A DNA stretch of 64,000 nucleotides from Dipteris shenzhenensis (Eukaryota). A program made the position numbers and the translations under genes. Positions 11,036-21,689 of the stretch are shown here, piece by piece. Location of the stretch: NCBI GenBank assembly GCA_047967505.1, contig CM106538.1; one strand, given 5' to 3'. The notes under the pieces are model-generated. The model did no database searches. It was not told the origin of the DNA and saw nothing but the letters and a program-made list of their open reading frames with translations. Position 1 is the first letter of the stretch. Each line of letters opens with the position of its first letter.

Positions 11036-12735
11036 GGGTGCTGGGGGGGCGTTCCGACGGCGGCGCCCGGGGGGGGTGGGGGGGGGGGGTGGTTTTGCGC
11101 AGGGGGGTTGACGCGGGGGGTGAGGGGGGGGTTGCGCGGGGGGGGAGGGGGGGGTGCGCGGGGGCGATGGGGGAGGGCGAGGGGGGTACGCGGGGGGGAG
11201 GGGGATTTTGCGCGGGGGGCGGCGGGGGAGGGCGGGGGGTGGTGCGCGATGGGCGAGGGGGGTGCGAGGGGGGGCGAGGGGGGTGCACGAGGGAGGGCGA
11301 GGGGTGGCACGGGGGGTGGCGGGGGAGAGCGGGGGTGGCACGGGGGGCGAGGGGTGGCACGCGGGGGCGGCGCCGCGCCGCGGGGCGGGGCGAGGGTGAC
11401 ACGCGCGGGCGGGGCGGGGCGGGGGTGGCGCGCGCGGGCTGGGGTGGCATGGGGTGGCGCGCGTGGGCAGGGGTGGCACGCGCGGGCGGGGGGCGCGCGG
11501 GGGCAGCGCCGCGCCGTGGGGCGGGGCGGGGGTGACGCGCACGGGCGGGGTGGGGCAGAGGTGGCACGCACGGGCGGGGGGCGCATGGGGGAGGGCGGGG
11601 GTGGGTCGCAGAGCCACCGCGGGGCGGTCGGCAGGGGTGGGGGGGTTGGGTTGACAGGGGTAAGGGGGAGGGGGAGAGAGAGGGGGATGGGGGGGCGACC
11701 GGGGTAAGGGGGAGAGAGAGACAAGGGGTGGGGGAGGGAATGAGGGGGAGAGAGGAGAGAGTGAGAGAGAGAGGGGGTGGGAGAGAGAACGAGGGGGAGA
11801 GAGGAGAGAGTGAGAGAAAGAGGGGGGGAAAAAAGAGGAGAGAGAGAAGAGAGAGAGAGGGGGGGAAGGGGGAGAGAGGAGAGAGAGATGAAGGGGGAGG
11901 GGGAGGGGGGAGGTGGTGGTGGAGGGGGAGGGGGAGGTGGAGATGAAGGGGGAGGGGGAGAGGGGGAGGTGGAGATGGAGGGTGAGGGGGAGGGGGGAGG
12001 TGGTGGTGGAGGGGGAGGGGGAGAGGGGGAGGTGGTGATGAAGGGGGAGGGGGAGAGGGGGAGCTGGAGATGGAGGGGGAGGGGGAGGGGGGGAGGTGGT
12101 GGTGGAGGGGGAGGGGGAGAGGGGAGGTGGTGGTGCAGGGGGAGGGGGAGGGGGGAGGTGGAGATGAAGGGGGAGGGGGGGGAGAGATGAAGGGGGAGGT
12201 GGTGGTGGAGGGGGAGAGAGAGGGGGAGGTGGAGATGGAGGGGGAGGGGGAGGGGGGAGGTGGTGGTGGAGGGGGAGGGGGAGAGGGGGAGGTGGTGATG
12301 AAGGGGGAGGGGGAGAGGGGGAGCTGGAGATGGAGGGGGAGGGGGAGGGGGAGATGAAGGGGGAGGTGCTGGTGGAGGGGGAGAGGGAGGGGGAGGTGGA
12401 GATGAAGGGGGAGGGGGAGGGGGAGATGAAGGGGGAGGTGGTGGTGGAGGGGGAGAGGGAGGGGGAGGTGGAGATGAAGGGGGAGGGGGAGGGGGGTGGT
12501 GGAAGGGGGAAGGGGGAGATGGTGGTGGAGGGGGAGGGGGAGAGGGGAGGTAGTGGGGGGGGAGGGGGAAGGGGGAGGTGGTGGTGAAGGGGGAGGGGGA
12601 AGGGGGAGGTGGTGGTGGAGGGGGAGGGGGAGATGAAGGGGAGGGGGAGGGGGGAGGTGGTGGTGAAGGGGGAGGGGAGGGGGGAAGGTGGTGGTGGAGG
12701 GGGAGGGGGAGGGGGGAGGTGGAAAAAAGAGGGAA
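11036..12735. repeat. Extreme G-rich low-complexity tract: a GC block, then a (GA)/GGGGGA purine block
   Basis: Near-continuous G-runs with repeated ggtggtggagggggag and gagatgaagggggag units. Confidence 0.95.
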
Positions 12736-13381
12736 AAAACCTGAAAGACTGAAATCGAAAAGCAGGGAGAAGTGATCACCTGAACGCTCTCCAAGTCTTT
12801 CTCGATGTAACGGGATTGTTGCAGAACAATGGACGGTGGGTGGAAGGCTAGGTCATCGCTACGAGAAGGGCTCGATGTCACTTACATGGCGAGGATAGGA
12901 GTAAGGGGGTGGTCGATGGAGAGGGAGGAGTGTCTTGCGTGGGGCTCGGAATGAGGAAGAGAATGGAGGCAAAAAGTGAAAGATGAAGAATGAGGGGGGG
13001 TGGAGTAGGTTTTTATAGTATTGGATTTTAGGTTTAGGGTTTAGGTTTAGGGTTTAACCCTAAACTCTTCCCGAGCCATAACTCTTTATGGAGAGCTCGG
13101 TTTGCTTTTCTGTAAAAATATAAAATGATCGAAATTGAAAGCTCTACGCATCCGTGTCCACTACCTAGCCGGATTGTAGATCATGTGGCTTCTATTTAAG
13201 AAATTAAGAAAATTTCTTAAGGTAATAACCCAAAGTGGATGTTTGGGGTTGATATGTTTGGGTAGAATTGGAAAAAAAATTTCCTCTCCTTGCCCTTGAG
13301 TGTTATCTTCGTGAAAGTTCAAAGTAGTGTGTTGTTTTATACATACCTACGTATGTTTACTCACTACTTGAGACGCTAGTC

Positions 13382-13396
13382 TCCCCGGCAACGGCG
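13382..13396 (-). promoter_or_regulatory. tRNA-Asp-type primer-binding site lacking its 5' TGG
   Basis: Minus strand reads CGCCGTTGCCGGGGA, versus the Athila-type PBS TGGCGCCGTTGCCGGGGA. Confidence 0.8.
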
Positions 13397-14453
13397 TAGT
13401 ATATGTGTAGCTTAGGACCTCGAGTCGTGTTCCGGTGAGAGACGTAGGCTTAAGTGTGGTAAGCAAACAAAGTGTAAGCATGTGTAAAAAGGCACGTAAA
13501 CCATCGTTGTTGGGGTAATGAAGGCTTTCGCCTTCATTGGGGGTTGTAGGGTTTAGGAGGAGTTTAAGGGTTCAGAAGGAGGTTCCAGGGTTTAGAAAGA
13601 GTTCAAGGGTTTAGGAGAAGTTCCAGGGTTCAGAAGGAGGTTCTAGGGTTTAGAAAGAGTTCCAGGGTTTAGAAGGAGGTTCCAAGGTTTAGAAGGATTC
13701 TAGGGTTAGAAGGAGGATTCAAGGTTCAGAGTAGAATACATGGTGGAGAACTCGTCTCCCTCGTGGATCATGGAGTTTAAGGGTTTAGGAAAGCATAGGA
13801 GTGGGAGAGGAAGAAGGTGTAAGAGCATGGGTGAAAGAAGAGAGAGGAGGAAGAAGGAGGAGGAAAGAGGAGGAGGGAGGGGGGGAGAGGAGAGAGTAGG
13901 AGGAGGAGGGAGGAGGAGGAGGAGGAGGAGAAGGGAGGAGGAGGAGAAGGAGGAAGGAGGAGGAGGGAGGAGGAGAGGGAGAGGGTGGATTGCAGGGTTG
14001 GAGGAGAGAGGAGAAGGGTTGCAAGGTTAGGACATGCTTTTGGACGTGCAGTGCAAGGAAGCATGGACACTTGAGACAAATGCTTGGAATACCAAAGTAG
14101 ACTCAACACAATGCCCCAAAGAGTGTGGGCTTCATTCCATTATGGGGTATTTATACAAGTTGGAGAGCTTCTCTCTCTGCATGGAACACAAAGTCGTATC
14201 ACAAAGTTGTAACACAAAGTTGTATCACAAAGTTGTAACACAAAGTTGTAACACATTCTCTCTCTACATGTAGAAGTTGTAACACAAAGTTGTTACACAA
14301 AGTTGTTACACAAAGTTGTAACATAAACTTGTAACACAAACTTGTAACACAAAGTTGTTACACAAAGTTGTTACACAAAGTCGTAACACAAAGTTGTGTC
14401 TAGAAGTTGTAACACAAAGTTGTAACACAAAGTTGTATCACAAAGTTGTAACA
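13396..14453 (-). repeat. 5' LTR of the Athila-like element
   Basis: Homologous to 31930-~32910. Contains a ~20-bp GGGTTTAGAAGGAGGTTCCA array, a GGA tract, minus-strand TATAAATA at ~14147-14154 and a 13-bp ACACAAAGTTGTA array. Confidence 0.75.
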
Positions 14454-16052
14454 CCTTCTCTTTCTTCATAAGTTCATGTTGGCACAGAGTCAACAGGATG
14501 CCTCATCTTGTGGAGGCAAAATATCCATGTCAAGGCAAGGTCTTACCACATGGGCAGTGTCTAGTGCCTTATAAGATGGTACCATGATAACAGAAGTAGA
14601 ACAAGTGGATCTGAAAATCATATCCTTCAAGAGAACATTTATCTTGTCATCTCCATAGTTGTGTAGAGAAGCATATCTTAGGTATCTGACCTTCATCTTT
14701 TTCTTGTACTTGGAGTCAAATGAAGGTGCCATGAGAGGATAGATCTCTGGCTTTGTAGTTTCTTCCTTTTTGGCAACCATTGTTTTGGCAATCTTCAACA
14801 AGGAAGTCAGGTTGGCATTCTCTTCCTTTGTAGCATAACAAGACATTGCTTTATGTTTTGGCCTTTCACATATTTTGCATAAGCAAGCCATGAGAGGGTC
14901 TAACCCAGGAATTGGGCTAGAATAAAAACTAAAAGGTTTCTCTCTTACAAGGCTATAATAACAACTGAAAGGCTTCCAAATATAAGCATTTAATGTAGCA
15001 AAGACTAGTGACCAAAATTCAATCAATGATGCTTTTTCTTACATGCTTCATAGAGGTGGCTAAAAAATGAAAGCTTTCCAATCAAAACCAGGTATAGCAA
15101 CTCAAAGTAAAGCTAAAGCCACAGTTGTATTGATGTTATTGAAAACTTCAAAAACTCAGAAATGCTAGAATAGCATCTTATGTAGCATCACTCTCAAAAA
15201 CTTGTCAAAACTGTCAAAATCAAAGGGGACTGAACTTGGAGGGCTTGAATCTCACTTCCAGAGCAAAGAAAAAAGGGGTTTTTGAGGCAAAAGAAAGCTT
15301 ATATACCACAGAAGGTCCACTGAGGAGAAAGGGCACAAAATCACGTCAAGGCACCATAGCTTGTCTCTCCATTTTCGACTGGTTTTTCTCTATTTTCAGC
15401 TTGAATATGCAGCCATTACTGCTCAGATTTTAGCACAGGATAGCTCTAGGTATGTACAAGCTCCCTCTGAAAGGAATTAGAGAAGCATGGAGCATTCTGA
15501 GAGAAAATGTAGGAAGAAGGGTCGACGATCTGTGTGAAATGGCGACGAACAGAGGCAGTGATTCTTCAATTCCTTGCAGCCAGGGGTTTGCCCCTTCGAG
15601 GTGTGTCTCCAGCAGGAAGGGCGTGGAGAATGACAGAGAAACGGAGGAGAACAAGCTTAAGCAATTTTTGGGAAGAAGAGGAAGAGAGGGTGAAGAAGAA
15701 GATGGAGAAGAAGATGATGATGTGGCAGAAATGGAATCAAGGGGGATCAAATGGCTCTGATACCATGTTGGTAAACTGAAAGGAAAGAGTAGAGTGGACA
15801 CAAATTTAGAATACTTACATATAGAATAAAGAAGAGTGAGGTCCTTATGTAGGCACCCCTTACATGCTCACTGACATCATTGATGACTTCAGAGCTCCAC
15901 AATCATCTCCTCAATCTGCTCCTAGATTCTGTCAATCATCCTATGTGGCTTACCACCACCTAACTATGCTTATGGGCACCTAACTGTGCCTCTAGCACTC
16001 ACACATAGAAACCAAGGTGTGCCTGAGGCATACACCTTGAGATATCCCAACA
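14454..16052 (-). mobile_element. 5' part of a Met-PBS LTR element, apparently interrupted by the Athila-like element
   Basis: Candidate LTR TGTTGG(15766)...CCAACA(16052) adjacent to GCTCTGATACCA (15754-15765); ORF 15026-14490 contains a CX2CX4HX4C knuckle. Confidence 0.7.
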
Positions 16053-17335
16053 CACTGTGCCCAACTGATGTGGGTGCATTGAACCCATACATCCAGGTGT
16101 CAAAGGAGAGGTTGACGCTTGAATTCCTCCCTGCTAGAAGGACTGACCTTGATAAGGCCTATCGCGAGTCTCTTCCACACCTGAAGGAGACTGCACATCA
16201 AAGGGAAGCCCTTCCCCATGAGTGGGGCACTAGAGAAGATCCACCTGTGTGAGTGCTCCCACTGGCCACCGGAATGAGGAGTGTTCCTCAGAAGCCCCCC
16301 CAAGAGGAGGAGCTTCCAAGGCTCTATGCCAGGTGTGAGACCCCGCACTACCAACTTGCCCAAGAGGGCATGACTCTGCATCTCTAGATCTATGATACCC
16401 AATCTGCCTCTGGCCTGAGGCTGATTGAATCACCGTTTGCCAAGCAACTCTAGCTTTGGTATTATGCATGCCATCCGATCCTGCCCAAAGAAAATTCAGA
16501 ACCAGGCACCTCAACTTGCCCATGCATCCCTAATGGAAACACCAACATGAGGCGATGTACCAAGTGGTGGCGAGGAGCACCTGGTTCACCACCAGAGCTC
16601 TACCCATGCTAAAGAGAGTTTGGCCGAGCTCCAGTATAATAGCTTGCACCGAACACTCTCTAACACTGGGGCAATCTGCTGCTCTGAGGATATGCCTATC
16701 TCGACCTGAATACCTAGGTATCTCGCGGTCTATCCCACTTGGACCCAATGAAAACCAAAGTTGCTCCCCCAAGCCTCCACCTCTAGGGCCTCACCAAGAC
16801 TCATGAGAAAGCCAACTGATTTGGACCAATTGATGCAGGCACCGGAGGCCTCAATATAGGTCGAGAGAGACCCTTGGACAGCCTCTAGGCTTGCCATGGA
16901 TCCCTCAACAAAGATGGTTGTGTCCTCAACAAACTCTGAATCTAGGAGTTCCTCCTCCTGTCTAATAGGAAGTCGCATCCCTGTAAGTCCTGTTGTCCTA
17001 GAGCAAAGAAAGTATCCCAGAGCCTTTGCTACAAACAAAAATAGGAAAGGGACAAGCGGGCACAACCGACCTCGTCAATGCAAAGGAGTCCCTTGTGTCT
17101 CGAAATCTAAGAGGAGGATCATGAAAGGCTGGGATTCCTCCCTCGCCCAATCTATTGCCTCCAAAAAAGTGAAGATGTTGTCCAAGATGCTCCTATCTTG
17201 GACAAAACCTGTCTGTATGTTATGGATGAGGTCCAGGAGGTGGGGGCGAAGCTGCAAGCTCAAGACCTTGGCTAAGATCTTTTAGGCAGTGTCCAGGAGC
17301 GTGATGGGTCTCCAGTGGCAAATGTCAGATCAGAG
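16053..17335 (-). mobile_element. LINE (L1-type) reverse transcriptase remnant
   Basis: Fragments read WRPITLL, IHNIQTGFVQDRSILDNI, LLLDFE, CPLVPFLF, EFVEDTT (FADD position), GRALVVNQVL, FLWAG...RVAW. Confidence 0.9.
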
Positions 17336-17339
17336 TCAC

Positions 17340-20300
17340 CCCCTTTTACCTCAGTTGTGCTAGCACACACCCTATGGAAAAGTTAGAAGTGTTGATGTGG
17401 ACATGGAATATTAAATTCTAGTCTAGTGCCCTTAGCACGGGTGCTATAGCTAGTTCTAGTCTGAGGGTGTCATAGGTCTTTTGACACTCCTCAGTCCATT
17501 CAAATACCACAACGAGTCTATATAATAGCCTGGTGATATGTACATAAAAGAGGATAAACCTCCACTAGTGTGGCCCATAAACTACTGCACTCCCTTTGCA
17601 TTGGTGGGTGAGGGTAGCTCCATTATGAGATTGATTACATTATTGTTTGTAGAGATCCCATTCTTGGACATTATGTGCCCAAGAATCACTTTGTACTTAA
17701 CCCAACACTCACATTTGATAGGGTTTAAAGCTATCTAAAGTTTGCACCTCTCAAGGACCAATATTAGGTACTTGAGATGATAATGCCATTTTGAATTCAT
17801 GCACAAGTCATCTAGAAAGACCTCCATGAAGTCTCTCAAATAATCTTTAAACGCCATGATCATCAGCAGCCGCCATCACCATCCAATGAGTTTGGGGCAT
17901 TGGGAGTCCAAAGATCATCACCCTAGAGGAAAAAACTCCACATTCTATGGGTGAATGCCATCTTTTGTTAACCTTCCATGAGGAGGGAAATGAGATCCAT
18001 CTCCTTGTTGGGAGTGAGATCATTAGCAATATACACCAGTTGTGGTTCAGCCCCCTCTAGTGCTAGGTTAACTTTCTTTACTTTGGCAGGGCCATCATAC
18101 CCTTGGGAGCTGCCTTCTTCTTGTGTTCTCTTGGCTTGCTGGTAAAGGGTCTTCCAATCCTCTATTGTATAAGCTTTGTGATGAGGAGGGACTTTTCAAA
18201 AGTATTCTTTATCATCGTCCTCGACCTCCTCCACTATAGGCTCAAGCTTTTTCCTACCCTTAGTGGTGTTTATATGCTCTTTGAAATAGGGATTTTAGAT
18301 CTGAAGGAAAATCCTTCATTGTTTGCTATCATGGAGCCCACAAAGGAGATAACCTTACTCAAACTAGATCCCTAGTTAGAGGATAGCTCATGGTGAGTGG
18401 TTGTGGCTTCGACATATGTCATCAAAGGTATGACTTTATGCAAACTTCCCCCTTACTGTCCTCATGAGGTTTCAACATATTGAACATATGGAGGGGTGCC
18501 ACTACATTCTTCTTCTAATTGGAGGGTCATCAATTGGAATCCAACCCTCTCTCAGACATCAATGGTCACTAGAATATGCATCGAATTATGGGAAATTTTC
18601 TCTTGGGGAGAGGGGCATACCAATTCTCATCTTACTTGCCATTTCTGTTTTCTTCGCATGTTTGGACTATTTTCATGATGTAGCCCTATCTATTGTGTCA
18701 GATTCTACAACAAATTAAGTCTTGATAAGGGGTGAGCCTTATACGTTTGAAAGTCTACCCGCACAACTTGCTTATCTTGCGTAAGTAAATTTTGTTTGAG
18801 TGTCAGTCATGCACACCAAACCTAACATGCATAGGAATGGCCTACCTAGGATAGCTTCTTATCCAGGCTGCTGGGTGAAATCCATCATCACCACAAATTA
18901 GATGGGGTAAGTGAAGTTGAATACTGTAATGCTTATCGCCTTGAGAACTCCCAGGTATTTGGCCATTCTGCCATCGGCGAGCTTTACTACAAGGATGGTT
19001 TGCACTAGGGGAGGCTTTCCCCATTTCTCCCAACACTCTTTGGTGAAGACACTTATATCGGCTCCCCCATCTAGAATTGTTTCAACCTTTTGGTTCTAGA
19101 AGGATATGGGGATCACCGCATTAGTGTCATCACCCTCATAATATTGTCCAAGTTTATTGATGGGAACCTTTGGGAGGTTCTGGCCATCTTCAAGTGGCAT
19201 GACATCTTCTAGGCTAGTAGGCTCATGAGCCACGATTTTCTCATTCATCCAATCATAGAGGTCTCTCTAGAGGGTGGAATTCCATCGTAGCAAAGATGTT
19301 ATGGGCATCTTGACCTCCATGGAGAGGAAAGCTACTAGACCCACAATGTCATGGGGCACCTGGGAAGGTTACATTGTCTTCCTCCCTTAAATATTGCAAG
19401 CATGGGTCCTCTTCAAACATTCACCACATTAGGTCAGGTCCATCTATAGTAGTGGGACTTGGCAGTCCTACTTCCTCTTCAACCCTCTCAGGCACTTGAA
19501 GTGCCTTCAATCCATTAGGTATGTTTAAGTGACCCGGATTAATTGTGTCTACCCCTTTGTTGGTTTTGAGCCTTTGCTCAAATTTTTCTTGAAACTCATG
19601 TATCGGGTTTTGTGCATCTAATAAACATTGTTTTTTAATGATCAGATCAAGGTAGGATTCCATGTGAGTGGTTGCCGGTGACAGGCCTTGGGCTTTTATG
19701 CCATAGCCTGTTCACATCTAGGTAAGGTGAAGCCTTTGGGGCTACCAAGGGAGGGGACACTTTTGGAGGAAGATGAAGTTGACAAAGTGGTTGTATTTTC
19801 ACTTGATCCAGGATTGTATCCTCACTTGATCTATCCTAGATAAGTACTTGATCTACCACTTCACCTATCTTGGTGGCCTTTTTAGACGTTGTGTGCATAG
19901 ATCGGCCTATCTCACGGGGTTGGGATGTGGAGGCCTTATCCTTCTTTGCTTGTTTTTTAGCTCCTTGCCTAAGGCCCTGACCTGCATTCTAGTAATGACC
20001 ATTAAGGGCACTGAGGCAACTTAGCCCTATTCAATGCTCAAAAAGTTGAGACTAGTTCTCTTGGGCGGGGTGGCCCGCATTGCTACCCTTCTAAGTGGGC
20101 AATCCTTAAACATATGCTCCACTCCACACCTTGCACACAAGGGTGCTGAGGCATTCAAGGATGGCACCGCTGGGGTGAGATCCCTGTATGGGAAGTCCTT
20201 TAAGAAATGAGATCCTTGGCATTTGAAGCATGACACGGGAGAGTTTCTTTCTCCCTTGTAAGGACACTCACTTGCGCTGTGCGATCCTGGCATGGATAAC

Positions 20301-21358
20301 GCTGAATTGGGGGTCTTCTTGCCAAGGTATTTATATCCCTTGCCCTCGATTGACTGGGCCATCTAGTACATTAGAGCATGCTAGTCATCCTATAAGATAT
20401 AATGGCTTATAATGCATAATTGAATGCTCCCTTGTTCATAAGGGTGGTATTCCAGGAGATTGTGGTCTTGTTTGGACGACTCCTAGTCTCACTAGGCAAC
20501 TCTTCCACTAGCACTTGGTGTACCGGAGTTATACTTGGTGGGGGTGGTTGAGGGCCTAGGATTGGTGGTGGTAATGTAACATTTTGTGCCCTATACTAGC
20601 CTATGTTGTGGGTATGGTACCTTGTACCTCCAACTATGCATGGTTGGAAGGATTTGGGGTTGCAGTCAATGCAAGTCGTGAGCATGGTTGATACATGCCT
20701 AGGGGTACCACTCAGGGATATCTGCACAGAGAGGTACCATGGTTATATTATTTGCATGGTTATATTATTTGGAACAATGTGAGAAATAGAGGGATACCTG
20801 CACAAACAAGTATCATGGTTATACCGTTTGTCACAATGTGCGCAATTAAGTGATGATGGCCTTGCCCTTAGATGCAAATACTCATTGATGGGATGGTTGC
20901 CATTGGATACCCAACACCAAACATTATTTCTCTTGGGAAATAGGTGGGGATTGCTTGAGGATTACTTAGATGCCTCGTATTTCCATTGTTGGCCTAGTTG
21001 ACTTAGCAAGTTGGAGGCCAATTCTGCCATGTTCAAGCCCTTAAGGCCTTTGGCTTCTTCCTTGGCAGGCTCCATTGTGTAAGACTTTACCGTATGTGAC
21101 ACTTTGGATGGGGCCATGGATTTCTCTCTTTGGGACTTATCCATCTTATTATCACTAAGGTAGATAGCCACCTCGCTATACTCAAAGGAGGTGGGGTTGA
21201 TAGCAAGTAGATGGTCATGCAGCTTTGGATCTACTTACTCTATGAGGAAGTGCAATAGTAGTAGCTGTGCATCGCTCATCTTCTTGTGAGGCTCGCAACA
21301 GTGGGAGTTGAGGTGTTTTATCTTAGTGATGTAGTCTCCAGAAGACTCATTTTCCTCT
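17340..21358 (-). mobile_element. Decayed Gypsy gag-pol related to the Athila-like element
   Basis: RT remnants at 17400-17870; 18040-18100 resembles 6650-6710; protease remnant near 18850-19080; knuckles CFKCQGSH and CARCGVEHMFKDC in ORF 20362-20027. Confidence 0.8.
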
Positions 21359-21689
21359 AACTCATTTTAGAGAACTGAACTCATTTCAGCCCACTTAACT
21401 TATTTCAGAGAACTTAAAAATGAATCATATTGGAGACCTTAACTTGAGCTCATATCAGGCAGAGGCCCTAACTCATTTCAGTCCAAAATACTCATTTCAG
21501 AGACCTTAACTCATTTCCGCCCAGCTACTTCATTTCGTAGAACTTGAAAATGTAATCATATTGGAGCACCTCAAAAGCCGTATGCATACAAAGAAATGTA
21601 ATACTATTACAAGAACCTAAAAAATGTTACCTTATTTCAAAAAACATTGAGAATATAATCTGTAATTCATAACACAATGTTTGCCTCTT

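Larger units (their letters stand above)
1..14453 (-). mobile_element. Athila-like Ty3/Gypsy LTR retrotransposon, 5' LTR at right, running off the left edge of the window; inactivated by point mutations
   Basis: Minus-strand order is LTR, tRNA-Asp-type PBS (13382-13396), long 5' leader, gag, PR, RT, RH, INT, extra ORF. The right-hand LTR boundary (~14453) is approximate. Confidence 0.85.

Noticed and set aside
11003-12881. Long Pro-rich (extensin-like) and Gly/Glu-rich ORFs, up to 622 aa
   Set aside because: They arise from C/G low-complexity sequence that lacks stop codons in most frames and lie within a retroelement leader
13027-13064. Telomere fusion site
   Set aside because: Only about five degenerate units inside a retroelement leader; too short to indicate a chromosome fusion
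14186-14453. CRISPR-like appearance of regular short repeats (also 32660-32910 and 25570-26730)
   Set aside because: Head-to-tail repeats with no unique spacers, no cas genes and a eukaryotic context
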